DNA from: Candidatus Nanoarchaeia archaeon
GTDB taxonomy: Archaea; Nanobdellota; Nanobdellia; Tiddalikarchaeales; Tiddalikarchaeaceae
DNA: 64,000 nucleotides
Assembly (NCBI GenBank): GCA_041652755.1
Contig: JBAZGS010000002.1
Location: 24,516 to 88,515, forward strand
Reading direction: 5' to 3'
The notes beneath the pieces were generated by a model. It saw nothing but the letters and a program-made list of their open reading frames with translations, ran no database searches and was not told the origin of the DNA. Positions 1-9,436 of this stretch are shown one piece after another. Made by a program: the position numbers and the translations under genes. The number at the start of each line of letters is the position of its first letter. Position 1 is the first letter of the stretch.

Positions 1-91
1 TGAAAGACTTGGAAGAGTTTTGAAAAAAAAACTAATTTATTTTTCTTTATTCGAAAGGTTTAAAATTAAAATAATTTAAGAAAACTATGAA

Positions 92-502
92 ATGCTTGAG
101 TTTTATTTGCTTAATATAACAAAAAATACTAGCCCTTTTTTTATTTACCATAAAGAAGGATTAGTTTCTAGTAAAAAAGTTGATTTCATGCAATGCGAAT
201 TTGAAGGGGTTAATTGCGTGATTAATTCAATAACCGGCTCAAGCTTTAATTCAATAATTCTCGATAATGGCTATTTGATTCAGAAAAAAAGGAATTACTT
301 GAATAAAGGCATTGTTTATGAATTATCATTCATTGAGGGTTATTTTTCAAACAATACTAGTGCGAATGAGCTAAGCAGCGCAAAAAGAAAACTAAGCATG
401 CACATGAAAAAGTTTGATGAAATCTTTAAAGAGTCAATTTTTGAGCTATTAGCTCCTAATGAAAGATTCAAAGAATTCAGGCAATATTTGTTAAATCAAT
501 AA
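92..502 (+). CDS. hypothetical protein
   Basis: Intact 136-aa ORF with no recognisable motif. Confidence 0.3.
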   Translation: MLEFYLLNITKNTSPFFIYHKEGLVSSKKVDFMQCEFEGVNCVINSITGSSFNSIILDNGYLIQKKRNYLNKGIVYELSFIEGYFSNNTSANELSSAKRKLSMHMKKFDEIFKESIFELLAPNERFKEFRQYLLNQ

Positions 503-563
503 AATCTATTTTTTAAAAAGATTTATAAAAAATATTAACTTACACAAATAATAATATTAACTG

Positions 564-1490
564 GTGGGCTTTTTAATGAAATATTCAAACATAGGTTACA
601 ATCCTAAAGAAAATCTATACATTGTTGATGATATTTTAAAAACAAGAGGGCCCCTTAATGTGGGCTTTCAGATAACTCGCAAGTGCAACTTAAAATGCAT
701 TTATTGCTCAGAAGCCTCCAATCTTCCTGATTTAAGCTATGAACAAATAAAAAAAGGCTTGATAAATTTAAGAGATGCCAAAGTTTTGAAGGTTAACATT
801 ACAGGAGGGGAAGCTTTATGCAGAAAAGATTTTGTTGATATTGTTGATTTATCAAAGGATTTAGGTTTTCATGTTGCAATTGATTCAAACGCCACCCTTG
901 TTAGCGATGAAATAGCTGATTCTTTAAGCGGCAAGCTAATTTATTTCGAATCCACAATAGATGGAACTCCAAAGACTCATAACAGAGTCAGGGGAAGATA
1001 TGATGATGTTATTAAAGGCATAAAAAAGATTGCAGAAAGAAAAATTCCACTTTACTTGGCAATGGTTCTTTTGGGAAAATCTTTGGATGATGCAAAGCAT
1101 GTTTTAAAGATGGGCCACGAGCTTGGCGCAAAATATGTGAAATATTTAACTCCAATCCCTAAAGCAAGGGGAAAAGAGTTGCCAGATGAGTATTTAAATA
1201 ATATTTTTTTGGAGGATATTTGGCAAAATGTTTGCGAGTTCAAGGAAAAAGAAGGGCTTAGCCCTTTAATCAGTTTGGCTGATTGGAGTAAAATTGGCAA
1301 GGGCTCAGTAATCCTTGTTAATTCAAATGGAGAGATGGTGGGTTCGCCTTCAATTGGAGAGCCTGGCTGCGTTACTCCTTTGGGAAATATTTTAAAAGAA
1401 TCAGTGGAAAATCTGTGGAAAAATTATCCTTATAAAATTAATCATGTAAACAAATACACTGGCAAGACTATGAGAATCCTTCAGCACTAA
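564..1490 (+). CDS. radical SAM domain protein
   Basis: CNLKCIYC (CxxxCxxC) cluster near the N-terminus and a GGEAL glycine-rich SAM-binding-like motif. Too few C-terminal Cys for a SPASM domain. Confidence 0.6.
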   Translation: MGFLMKYSNIGYNPKENLYIVDDILKTRGPLNVGFQITRKCNLKCIYCSEASNLPDLSYEQIKKGLINLRDAKVLKVNITGGEALCRKDFVDIVDLSKDLGFHVAIDSNATLVSDEIADSLSGKLIYFESTIDGTPKTHNRVRGRYDDVIKGIKKIAERKIPLYLAMVLLGKSLDDAKHVLKMGHELGAKYVKYLTPIPKARGKELPDEYLNNIFLEDIWQNVCEFKEKEGLSPLISLADWSKIGKGSVILVNSNGEMVGSPSIGEPGCVTPLGNILKESVENLWKNYPYKINHVNKYTGKTMRILQH

Positions 1491-1525
1491 ATGTTTTTAT
1501 TAAGGCCTATTGTTAAATTAATCAT

Positions 1526-2218
1526 ATGACTAAGGAGATTTACAAGGTTTACAATGAAGTTTTTGATGCAAGGACTCTTAAAGTGCTTGAAAAGATGAGA
1601 AATGAGAACTATGAAGAGTTAGAAGCATGCATTAGCACTGGAAAGGAAGCTAATGTTTTTAGGGCAACCACTAAGAATGGCTTTGTTGCAATTAAGATTT
1701 TTAGAACTTACACTTCAAGCTTTGATAAAATGACTCCTTATATCTTAGGCGACCCAAGATTTAGCCATGTTAGCAAAAAAAAGCATGAAATAGTTTATTT
1801 ATGGGCAAGAAAAGAGTTTCGGAATTTATCCAAAGCCTTTGAAGCTGGTGTTCGTGTGCCAAAACCTTTGGCTTGCATTCAAAATGTCTTAATAATGGAA
1901 TTCATAGGAGAAAAGGGTATGGCTTCGCCATTACTAAAAGATGTTAATTTAGAAAATCCTCAAAAATATTATAATGAAATAATTGAGGGCATGAAAAAAC
2001 TGTACAAGGCAAACTTAATTCATGCGGATTTGTCAGAATTCAACATCTTAGACTACAAGCATAAGCCAGTTTTCATTGATATGGGGCAAAGCGTTTTAAA
2101 AGAGCATCCTAATTCCATGAATTTTTTGAAAAAAGACTTAGCAAATATTAACAAGTTTTTTGAAAGAAAATGCAAAACAATCACTTTTGAAGGGTTCATG
2201 AAAAAAGTCGAGAAATAA
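1526..2218 (+). CDS. rio1: RIO-type serine/threonine protein kinase (Rio1-like)
   Basis: STGKEANVF ATP-binding loop and LIHADLSEFNIL catalytic loop typical of RIO kinases, with size to match. Sits beside the KH-protein gene as in archaeal ribosome-biogenesis loci. Confidence 0.8.
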   Translation: MTKEIYKVYNEVFDARTLKVLEKMRNENYEELEACISTGKEANVFRATTKNGFVAIKIFRTYTSSFDKMTPYILGDPRFSHVSKKKHEIVYLWARKEFRNLSKAFEAGVRVPKPLACIQNVLIMEFIGEKGMASPLLKDVNLENPQKYYNEIIEGMKKLYKANLIHADLSEFNILDYKHKPVFIDMGQSVLKEHPNSMNFLKKDLANINKFFERKCKTITFEGFMKKVEK

Positions 2219-2221
2219 TCT

Positions 2222-2734
2222 TTATTTCAGCATTTTTTCCATTAATAGTTCATCATAATAGGTGTTGTCAACTTTAAGCTCTTTTTTGCATACACCTATC
2301 TCTTCAAAGCCGTATTTTTTATATAGTCCAGCTGCAGCTTTCTGCACTGAATTAACGCTTAATTTAATCTTTATAATCTCTTTATTCTTTTTTATGTACT
2401 TTAATGCAGCTTCAATTAATTTGTTGCCAATGCCTTTACCCCTGTAGTTTTTATTAACATATACTCCGTAAATGTCTGCAACATGTTTTGTTTTCAGCCA
2501 TTTATTAAAAACTACAACAATAGTTCCTATAATCTTGTCATTATCAAGCGCGAATAAGACATTATTCATCCTTTTTTCCCATTCTTTTATAGGCAATTTT
2601 TCTTCTTCTTCATATGAGCTTCCAAAAGCTATAGGGTCGCTCTTTAAAGCTTCAAGTCTTATAATTTTGTATTCCTTGCATCTTTTTATGTTGAGTTTTT
2701 TTACAACAATCATGAAATAACTGTTATAACTCAA
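2222..2734 (-). CDS. GNAT family N-acetyltransferase
   Basis: NYRGKGIGNKLIEAALKY acetyl-CoA binding motif (R/Q-x-x-G-x-G/A). Confidence 0.7.
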   Translation of the reverse strand: MSYNSYFMIVVKKLNIKRCKEYKIIRLEALKSDPIAFGSSYEEEEKLPIKEWEKRMNNVLFALDNDKIIGTIVVVFNKWLKTKHVADIYGVYVNKNYRGKGIGNKLIEAALKYIKKNKEIIKIKLSVNSVQKAAAGLYKKYGFEEIGVCKKELKVDNTYYDELLMEKMLK

Positions 2735-2818
2735 TTTATTATAAAAGTTATTCTTAAATAATAAGGGCTTGATTGTGATAAAACTTTTAAATCATCCAAA
2801 AATTAATTAATTTTAGAT

Positions 2819-3349
2819 ATGGACAGCACAAAAGATGTAAAGATTCCTGAAGACCGTGTAGGAGTGTTAATTGGAAAGAACGGAAGCGTTAAAAAAGAGA
2901 TAGAGAAAGCATTTAATGCTAAATTAGAAATTAGCTCTGATGGATTAGTGCTCATGACTGGAAAGGATTCGCTAGATTTATACACTTGCGAAAAAGTAGT
3001 TAAAGCAATAGGCAGAGGATTTAACCCTGAAGTTGCGTTACTTTTAAAAAGTGAGGAGTATGATTTTGAGTTAATGAATATTAATGATTATGCAAAAACT
3101 CAAAATGATTTAGATAGGCTAAGGGGCAGGGTTATAGGAAAAGATGGGGCAAGCAGGGATTTGATTGAGAAAAAAACCCAAACTTATATTATTGTTTATG
3201 GAAAAACTGTTGGAATAATAGGGAAATTAGAAATGGTTGGGCTCGCATTTAATGCAGTGGAAATGCTGCTTAAAGGGGCAAGGCACCCAACAGTATTTAA
3301 CTATATTGACAAAGAGTTAAGAAAAAAAGTGAAAGGAGTGGTGTTTTAA
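2819..3349 (+). CDS. KH-domain RNA-binding protein (Dim2/Pno1-like)
   Basis: Two KH GxxG loops (VLIGKNGSVKK, RVIGKDGASRD). Conserved neighbour of the RIO kinase gene. Confidence 0.7.
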   Translation: MDSTKDVKIPEDRVGVLIGKNGSVKKEIEKAFNAKLEISSDGLVLMTGKDSLDLYTCEKVVKAIGRGFNPEVALLLKSEEYDFELMNINDYAKTQNDLDRLRGRVIGKDGASRDLIEKKTQTYIIVYGKTVGIIGKLEMVGLAFNAVEMLLKGARHPTVFNYIDKELRKKVKGVVF

Positions 3350-3353
3350 AAAA

Positions 3354-5024
3354 ATGATTCAAAAAACAGTAGCTGATGATTTGGCTAATAAACATAAAAG
3401 CATTAGTATTGCGGAGTTCTTTGAAAAGAACAGGCACTTATTAGGTTTTGACAGCAAAATTAAAGCAATGCTTACCTGTGTAAAAGAAGCAGTTGATAAC
3501 AGCTTAGATGCTTGCGAAGAAAATGCAAGTGAGTTAAGGCAAAGAAAAAAACCCTTTGAATTGCCTGATATACTTGTCAGGGTTGATTTGATTCAAGGAG
3601 AAGTCTACAAAATAATAGTTGAAGATAATGGCCCGGGAATTCAGGCAGCAATTATTCCAAGAGTATTCGCGAAGTTATTATACGGAAGCAAGTTCCATAG
3701 GTTAAAGCAGGGAAGAGGGCAGCAGGGAATAGGTATAAGTGCTTCAATTCTTTACGGACAGTTAACAACAGGAAAACCAGCAAGGATAATAAGCAGAACT
3801 TCAAAAGATAAACCTGCGCAATTAGTTGAATTATTAATTGACATAAAAAATAATGATGCAAAAATCTTAACCAATGAAGAGTACGCTAAGTTCTCAAAAG
3901 ACACTGGAACAAGGGTTGAAATAACATTAGAAGGACTTTATAGGGGAACTGGTGATAAAAGCATTTTTGAATATTTAAGAAGAACAAGCATAAGCAACCC
4001 TCATGCAAAAATTACCTTCATTGACCCTGAAGGAAAAATGACTATTTTCAAAAGAGCAACAGAATCAATGCCAACTGAGACTAAAGAGATTAAGCCGCAT
4101 CCATGGGGATTAGAATTAGGAGTTTTAACAAGAATGATTGAAGAAACAAAGAAAACTTCAATTCAATCATTTCTTACTGATGAGTTAAGCAAGGTTGGAG
4201 CCCTTAATGCCAAGCAAATACTTGAAAAAATAAAAATTGACCCAAAAAGAAGGCCTGACACTATTAAAACAGAGGAAGCTGTTGAGCTGATTAAGGCTTT
4301 GCAGAAAGCTGACCTTCAAAGGCCGCCAACTGACTGTCTTTCACCAGTTGGCAGAGGCGCTATTGAGAAAAGCCTGAAAGTAGAATACCATCCTGAATAC
4401 ATTGTTGCAACAACTAGGCCTCCAAATGTTTACAGGGGTTATCCTTTCCAGATTGAAGCAGCACTAGCTTATGGAGGAGACATTCCTGAAGGAGGAGCTC
4501 AAGTATTAAGAGTTGCAAACAAGGTTCCATTATTATATGAAGGAGGAGCTTGTGCAATAACTATTTCAGTAAGCGAAATGGATTGGAAAAGGTATGGGAT
4601 TCCAAAAAATAGCGGAAGTTCAGTTCCAAGCGCTCCAATAATAATTTTTGTGCACATATGCAGCGTGTGGGTGCCTTTCACCTCTGAAAGCAAGGCAGCA
4701 GTGGCTAATTATCCAATAATTATTAAAGAGATAAAGTTGGCTTTGCAGGAATGCGCAAGGCAGTTAGGAGTTTTCATCAAAAGAAAAATGAAAATAAAAA
4801 GGGATGCCCAAAGAATTAACACATTCATAAAATATGGAGAGGTTTTGGCAGCTGCTTTGGCAGTTCTTTCAAGAAAAGATGAGAAAGATATGAAAAAAAT
4901 GATGAATGAAGTTTTAGAGAAAAAATATGGGGATGTTATAAAAAAGAAAGAGGAAATAATGAAAGAGGAATCTAAAGTAGTTCCAAAAAAATTAAAAGAA
5001 GAAAAAGAGAGTGATGAAGAATGA
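3354..5024 (+). CDS. top6B: DNA topoisomerase VI subunit B
   Basis: GHKL/Bergerat ATPase motifs (EDNGPGI, GxxGxG-like GQQGIG) and transducer domain. Overlaps the top6A start by 4 nt. Confidence 0.9.
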   Translation: MIQKTVADDLANKHKSISIAEFFEKNRHLLGFDSKIKAMLTCVKEAVDNSLDACEENASELRQRKKPFELPDILVRVDLIQGEVYKIIVEDNGPGIQAAIIPRVFAKLLYGSKFHRLKQGRGQQGIGISASILYGQLTTGKPARIISRTSKDKPAQLVELLIDIKNNDAKILTNEEYAKFSKDTGTRVEITLEGLYRGTGDKSIFEYLRRTSISNPHAKITFIDPEGKMTIFKRATESMPTETKEIKPHPWGLELGVLTRMIEETKKTSIQSFLTDELSKVGALNAKQILEKIKIDPKRRPDTIKTEEAVELIKALQKADLQRPPTDCLSPVGRGAIEKSLKVEYHPEYIVATTRPPNVYRGYPFQIEAALAYGGDIPEGGAQVLRVANKVPLLYEGGACAITISVSEMDWKRYGIPKNSGSSVPSAPIIIFVHICSVWVPFTSESKAAVANYPIIIKEIKLALQECARQLGVFIKRKMKIKRDAQRINTFIKYGEVLAAALAVLSRKDEKDMKKMMNEVLEKKYGDVIKKKEEIMKEESKVVPKKLKEEKESDEE

Positions 5025-6145
5025 AAGATAAGGACCAAGTTAGTTTGAAAATTCAGAAAAACAAGGAATTGACAGAGAAATTAGTTAATATTGGAAACAA
5101 TGTAATAGTGCAATTAAAAGATTTCCAAAATCCCAATGTTAACATTCCAGTAAGAAGCTTAAGCAATGTTTTTTTTGATGAAAAAGCAAGGTCATTAAGA
5201 TTAGGCAATGCAACAAGTGAAAGAAGCTACTTTAATTTATCCCAAGCTAAAAGTTTCATGCAAACAATGCTTGTTGCAAGCAAATTAAGGGAAGTTATTG
5301 AAAGAGGAAGCCAAGTAGGTTTAAGGCAGTTATTCTATTTATCAAAAGGAGGAATACCTGGAACTAAAGAGAACACTTTTGATTTGCAGAAAGAATGCGA
5401 CCCAATAGTTGAAGACATTGAAGGGGTGCTTAAGTGCTTAAGAGAAGAGATGGGAGTAGAGGCTGAGCGTAAAGGAATACTTGCAGGAGAGCTGAAAATA
5501 CTAGACAGCGGTGATGAAATTGACTGCTCAAAACTTGGAAGCAGCGGATATGGTATACCAAGCATTGTTGAAAAAGGAACAGTTGATTTTGTTGAATGCA
5601 AGGCAGAATATATTTTAGTGGTAGAAAAAGGGCAAACATGGAGTACCTTAAACCATGACAAGTTCTGGCAGAAAAACAAATGCTTAGTAATGACTGGAAA
5701 AGGACAGCCGGCAAGAGGGGACAGAAGAATGCTAGCAAGGCTTCATAGGGAGCTAGACTTGCCAGTTTACGTTTTCACAGATATGGATATTTGGGGATAT
5801 TACATCTATTCAGTATACAAGCAGGGAAGCATTAACTTAGCGCATTTCAGCGAGAACGCTGCAGTGCCTGATGCGAAATTTTTAGGATTTAAAATGAGTG
5901 ATGTTGAAAAATATAAGATTCCAAAAGAGCATTTAATCCCTATGAACAAAGGAGACTATAAAAGAATAAATGAAATATCAAATTATGACTGGTTCAAGGG
6001 CAATAAAGAATGGCAGAAAGAATTCAAGGAATTAACAAAATTCTCCAACAAGATTGAGCAGGATGCATTGGTTGGAAAAGGATTAGAATTCATGAGCAAG
6101 ATTTACTTACCTGAAAAAATAAAAACAAGGGACTGGATAGAATAA
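5021..6145 (+). CDS. top6A: DNA topoisomerase VI subunit A (Spo11-like)
   Basis: Spo11/Top6A winged-helix plus Toprim architecture, translationally coupled to top6B. Confidence 0.85.
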   Translation: MKDKDQVSLKIQKNKELTEKLVNIGNNVIVQLKDFQNPNVNIPVRSLSNVFFDEKARSLRLGNATSERSYFNLSQAKSFMQTMLVASKLREVIERGSQVGLRQLFYLSKGGIPGTKENTFDLQKECDPIVEDIEGVLKCLREEMGVEAERKGILAGELKILDSGDEIDCSKLGSSGYGIPSIVEKGTVDFVECKAEYILVVEKGQTWSTLNHDKFWQKNKCLVMTGKGQPARGDRRMLARLHRELDLPVYVFTDMDIWGYYIYSVYKQGSINLAHFSENAAVPDAKFLGFKMSDVEKYKIPKEHLIPMNKGDYKRINEISNYDWFKGNKEWQKEFKELTKFSNKIEQDALVGKGLEFMSKIYLPEKIKTRDWIE

Positions 6146-6319
6146 ACTCCATCCTCTTTTTTATATTTATAATTTTATGCACTTAATCAATGATTAAGGA
6201 TTTCAAAATAGAATTAATTAATTTAAAGTTTATTGAAATATAATTAAACATAATATTTTGTTATTTTTAATTAGTTTTTTACAATAATTATTTAAAAAGA
6301 TTAATTTATTATACTTATT

Positions 6320-6589
6320 ATGGTAATTAATATAAAAGATGTATATAATGATGCAAACAAAAACATAAAAGAGAATATAATAGGTGAATATATAAACACC
6401 CCTACAATTAGGTTAGTTTTAGTTCAAGCAAGGGATTTGGAGAGAATATTGAACCCTAATGAAAGAACTATAAGTTTAAGGCATTGCTTAATTAATAAAT
6501 ATATTATACAACAAAAGAGCAAGTATAAGATAACTCCTGAGGGAGTAAAAGCATTAGGTATAATTGAAGAATATATTAAAAATAGATAA
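6320..6589 (+). CDS. hypothetical protein
   Basis: 89-aa ORF with no recognisable motif. Confidence 0.25.
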   Translation: MVINIKDVYNDANKNIKENIIGEYINTPTIRLVLVQARDLERILNPNERTISLRHCLINKYIIQQKSKYKITPEGVKALGIIEEYIKNR

Positions 6590-6675
6590 TTTTTGATTTA
6601 AATCCTTAAATTTTTTATTAAAAAGATTGTTTAGTAAACTTTAAAAAACAAAAACAATCAAATAAGTATTATCCT

Positions 6676-6748
6676 GCTCCGATAGCTCAGCAGGTAGAGC
6701 GCATGCCTGTTAAGCATGAAGTCGCAGGTTCGAGTCCTGCTCGGAGCG
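6676..6748 (+). tRNA. tRNA-Asn (GTT)
   Basis: Cloverleaf read by eye: acceptor GCTCCGA/TCGGAGC, anticodon stem catgc/gcatg with loop cTGTTAa (U33-GTT-A37), T-arm ggttcgagtcc. Confidence 0.85.
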
Positions 6749-6867
6749 CATTAGTTCTATATTGTTTTTGTTGATTTTTCCCTCAGGGCTTTGCGTAGCA
6801 AAGGGCTGGCTTGGAGCGCATTAGTTCTATATTGTTTTTGTTGATTTTTCCCTCAGGGCTTTGCGTA
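6744..6867 (+). repeat. tandem duplication (about 1.8 copies of a roughly 70-bp unit) spanning the tRNA-Asn 3' end and downstream sequence
   Basis: ggagcgcattagttctatattgtttttgttgatttttccctcagggctttgcgta occurs at 6744-6798 and again at 6814-6868. The second copy is preceded by a degenerate tRNA 3' stem (gggctggcttggagcgca versus gtcctgctcggagcgca). Confidence 0.8.
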
Positions 6868-6922
6868 AAAAAGATGTTTTTTTATAGAAACTTTTAAATA
6901 TACATTTGTTTAATTATTTAAT

Positions 6923-7153
6923 ATGAGCGCTAAAGAAGCCAATAATTCTGGATTAGTAACATTTACTAAGCATGGATATCAATTAGGGATTTTTTCAAGT
7001 GGAGATTTTTTGCTTTATGAAACCAAAATTAACCCTAAAGGCAAAAAAGAATACGTTGTTTCTGACAAAAAAGATCCTTTAGAAATAATGCCTGAAAATG
7101 TGTTTAAAGAGCTTTCAGATGTTTTAAGTAGGTATAATAGTTCTAAAAACTAG
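6923..7153 (+). CDS. hypothetical protein
   Basis: 76-aa ORF. Confidence 0.25.
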   Translation: MSAKEANNSGLVTFTKHGYQLGIFSSGDFLLYETKINPKGKKEYVVSDKKDPLEIMPENVFKELSDVLSRYNSSKN

Positions 7154-7807
7154 CTTTTTTTTAAAAATATTTATAAGATTTTAGTTAATTTTATTTTATA
7201 TGAAAAAAACTGCTAAAAAATTATTAGATTACTTGCAAACCTATAAGTGGGCAGGAATAATCATTGCATTAATTGTAGTGACCTTATTTGTGTTTGGAGC
7301 ATAAAATTTGTGTTGACTGCCAGTTTTTTTAAAAAAAATTATAAAAAAAGAATTAAAAGTAAAGAATTCAGTCTTTAATTTGACTTATAGTCATCTCATA
7401 GATTTTATATGATCCACAGGAGATGGCTATTCCAGTGCTTACAACAATCATTGTTCCCATGTTAATTGTAGCTATCTGGTTCGTAAATATTGAAACTAGC
7501 CACATTGTAAGTATTGAAACAACCATTGTTAATAATGTTATTTTTGCCCCTTCCATGAACAATTCAGAAACATTATCTGAAAAAAGCACTTTAGTTAACT
7601 TATCCTTTCTTGCCATAATAATAAAATAAATATTTATAGCTTATAAACATTTTGAGAAATATTATTGCTTTACTCTTGAAGTTTAATAAGAGTCAAAATA
7701 GCAATTTATGCTTTAAATATTGAGTATTTTTGCATAAACATGCCCTGAATTTTTTAAAAATTAAATAAAAAAAATTAATAGAACTAATTGAATGATTTAA
7801 TAATCAA

Positions 7808-7906
7808 TTATTTCTTTTTTTTAGCAGGTTTTTTTCCCACTTTTTTTTTAGCAGGTTTTTTAGCAACAGGTTTGCTGCCACATCCACCGCATAATCCGCA
7901 ATTCAT
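7808..7906 (-). CDS. tiny basic peptide (32 aa) MNCGLCGGCGSKPVAKKPAKKKVGKKPAKKKK
   Basis: Hand-translated ORF missed by the ORF track. TATA-like tttataa sits about 25 nt upstream, so it is likely leaderless. A paralog lies 220 bp away with conserved 5' and 3' flanks. Confidence 0.45.
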   Translation of the reverse strand: MNCGLCGGCGSKPVAKKPAKKKVGKKPAKKKK

Positions 7907-8025
7907 GATAACTTATAAATCCTGAAAGATTATAAACTTTTTTCAAAATTTGAGTTTATACGTTAAAAAAAATAAAAAAAATTAAATAAAAAAAAAATTA
8001 GTGAATATTGAATTTAGAGATTCAA

Positions 8026-8118
8026 TTATTTCTTTTTTTTAGCAGCTGCTTTTTTCTTTGGTGCAGCTTTTTTCTTTGGTGCAGCTTTTTTTGGTGCTGC
8101 TTTTTTCTTTGGTGCCAT
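8026..8118 (-). CDS. tiny basic peptide (30 aa) MAPKKKAAPKKAAPKKKAAPKKKAAAKKKK
   Basis: Hand-translated. Has the same flanking architecture as the 7808-7906 ORF, with TATA-like tttataag about 25 nt upstream. Confidence 0.45.
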   Translation of the reverse strand: MAPKKKAAPKKAAPKKKAAPKKKAAAKKKK

Positions 8119-8180
8119 GCGTTAAATAAGTAACTGATATCTTATAAATCTTTTTTTTTATGGAGCAAAAAAGTTAATTT

Positions 8181-9434
8181 TTGCAAAATTTTTTACATTT
8201 TTCAGAGAAAAAAATTTATAATGAACTAATAAATAATTTTTTTATGAATAAATATTTTTTAATCCCCATTTTTTTTTTAATTTTTGTTTCAGGCTGCACA
8301 AATTTTAATGAAGGAATGAATAGAAGTGTAGAAAATGTAACTCAAGGAATAATAAATGAAATGAATGAAACTTTATCAAACATTTCTAATCAAATAAATG
8401 AGAGTTTAAATCAAGGATTGAATGATTCAATAAACAATTTTGTTTCAGGATTATTAAATATTACTAATAATGCTTTTTTAAAATCTCCAATTTCAACTTT
8501 TACTTTAGAGGATATAAATTATTTAGGAGTTAATTGCCAAGGCTCTGATTTAGAGATTGCTAATTGTATTAAAGATTGGCAAGAAAATAATATGATTTAT
8601 TTAGGTTTAATAGAAAGTTCAACTAATTATCCTGGTGCTGCAGATGCTATTCATTGGAACTATGCTATTCCAGGAATTTTTCCAACAAAAGAGGTTATAA
8701 GACAGAGAAGTGAAGGTAACAAACCCTATGGAGTTTGTTATGATTATGCAACAATTTATTGCAGTATTGCAGATTATTATGGACTATCTTGCAGGGTTGC
8801 AAATACTATTACTAAGCCTAGCCAAAGGCCCAATAGTGGCATTGAATTTACTACAGGATTAAGATATGAAGAATATGAAAGACTGAAAATCGAACTTGAC
8901 AAGCAAGGATTAGATTATGATTTTATACTAATGAATAAAGTATTAAGAGAAACTCCTGAACATTATTGGTCAGAAGTATTAATTGATGATGAATGGATTG
9001 TTATAGATGGCAGTGGAACTGATTCGCAAACACAATATAAAGATGCTAATGATTGGGAAGTAACTAATTGGACTAAACTTTACCTAGAAAGCAATATTAG
9101 TTATTATTTGGGATTTAAGGATGATTTAAACAACAGAATCAAGGTTTTTAATATTGATGATTATATGTTTTCTGCGCAATACTCTTTGGGATTGCCTGTG
9201 CCTTATTATAGTTCATGCACAAATGTTTGCGGATTTTTTGAAGGAAAGAATCCAATGTGCACATTTGAATGCCCTTTTTTAGCAAGCTTTTTCTCTTGCT
9301 ATGATTCTTGCTCAGGAAAAAAGTTTTACAAAATATGCGACTATGTCTGCAATGATGAAGAAGCAGGTTATGAAGAATGCTACCAGGAATGCAGCGGGGA
9401 AGAATTAGATATTGGTTGCTTTAATGATTGCTGA
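8181..9434 (+). CDS. secreted transglutaminase-like cysteine protease-fold protein with Cys-rich C-terminal tail
   Basis: N-terminal TM/signal with lipobox-like VSGCT. YGVCYDYATIYCS (Cys), HYWSEV (His) and DDEWIVIDGSG (Asp) fit a transglutaminase-like catalytic triad. The last 90 aa carry about 16 Cys. Confidence 0.5.
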   Translation: MQNFLHFSEKKIYNELINNFFMNKYFLIPIFFLIFVSGCTNFNEGMNRSVENVTQGIINEMNETLSNISNQINESLNQGLNDSINNFVSGLLNITNNAFLKSPISTFTLEDINYLGVNCQGSDLEIANCIKDWQENNMIYLGLIESSTNYPGAADAIHWNYAIPGIFPTKEVIRQRSEGNKPYGVCYDYATIYCSIADYYGLSCRVANTITKPSQRPNSGIEFTTGLRYEEYERLKIELDKQGLDYDFILMNKVLRETPEHYWSEVLIDDEWIVIDGSGTDSQTQYKDANDWEVTNWTKLYLESNISYYLGFKDDLNNRIKVFNIDDYMFSAQYSLGLPVPYYSSCTNVCGFFEGKNPMCTFECPFLASFFSCYDSCSGKKFYKICDYVCNDEEAGYEECYQECSGEELDIGCFNDC

Positions 9435-9436
9435 AA

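Noticed and set aside
92-1490. RiPP-like pair (precursor plus radical SAM maturase)
   Set aside because: The upstream ORF is 136 aa without a leader/core-like organisation, and the radical SAM protein lacks the Cys-rich SPASM/twitch C-terminal domain.
5335-5738. Two minus-strand ORFs of 102-114 aa
   Set aside because: They are antisense within top6A and have no motifs.
6744-6867. A second integrated element at tRNA-Asn
   Set aside because: Only about 70 bp separate the duplicated tRNA-end copies, with no integrase or cargo. It is kept as a scar or duplication only.
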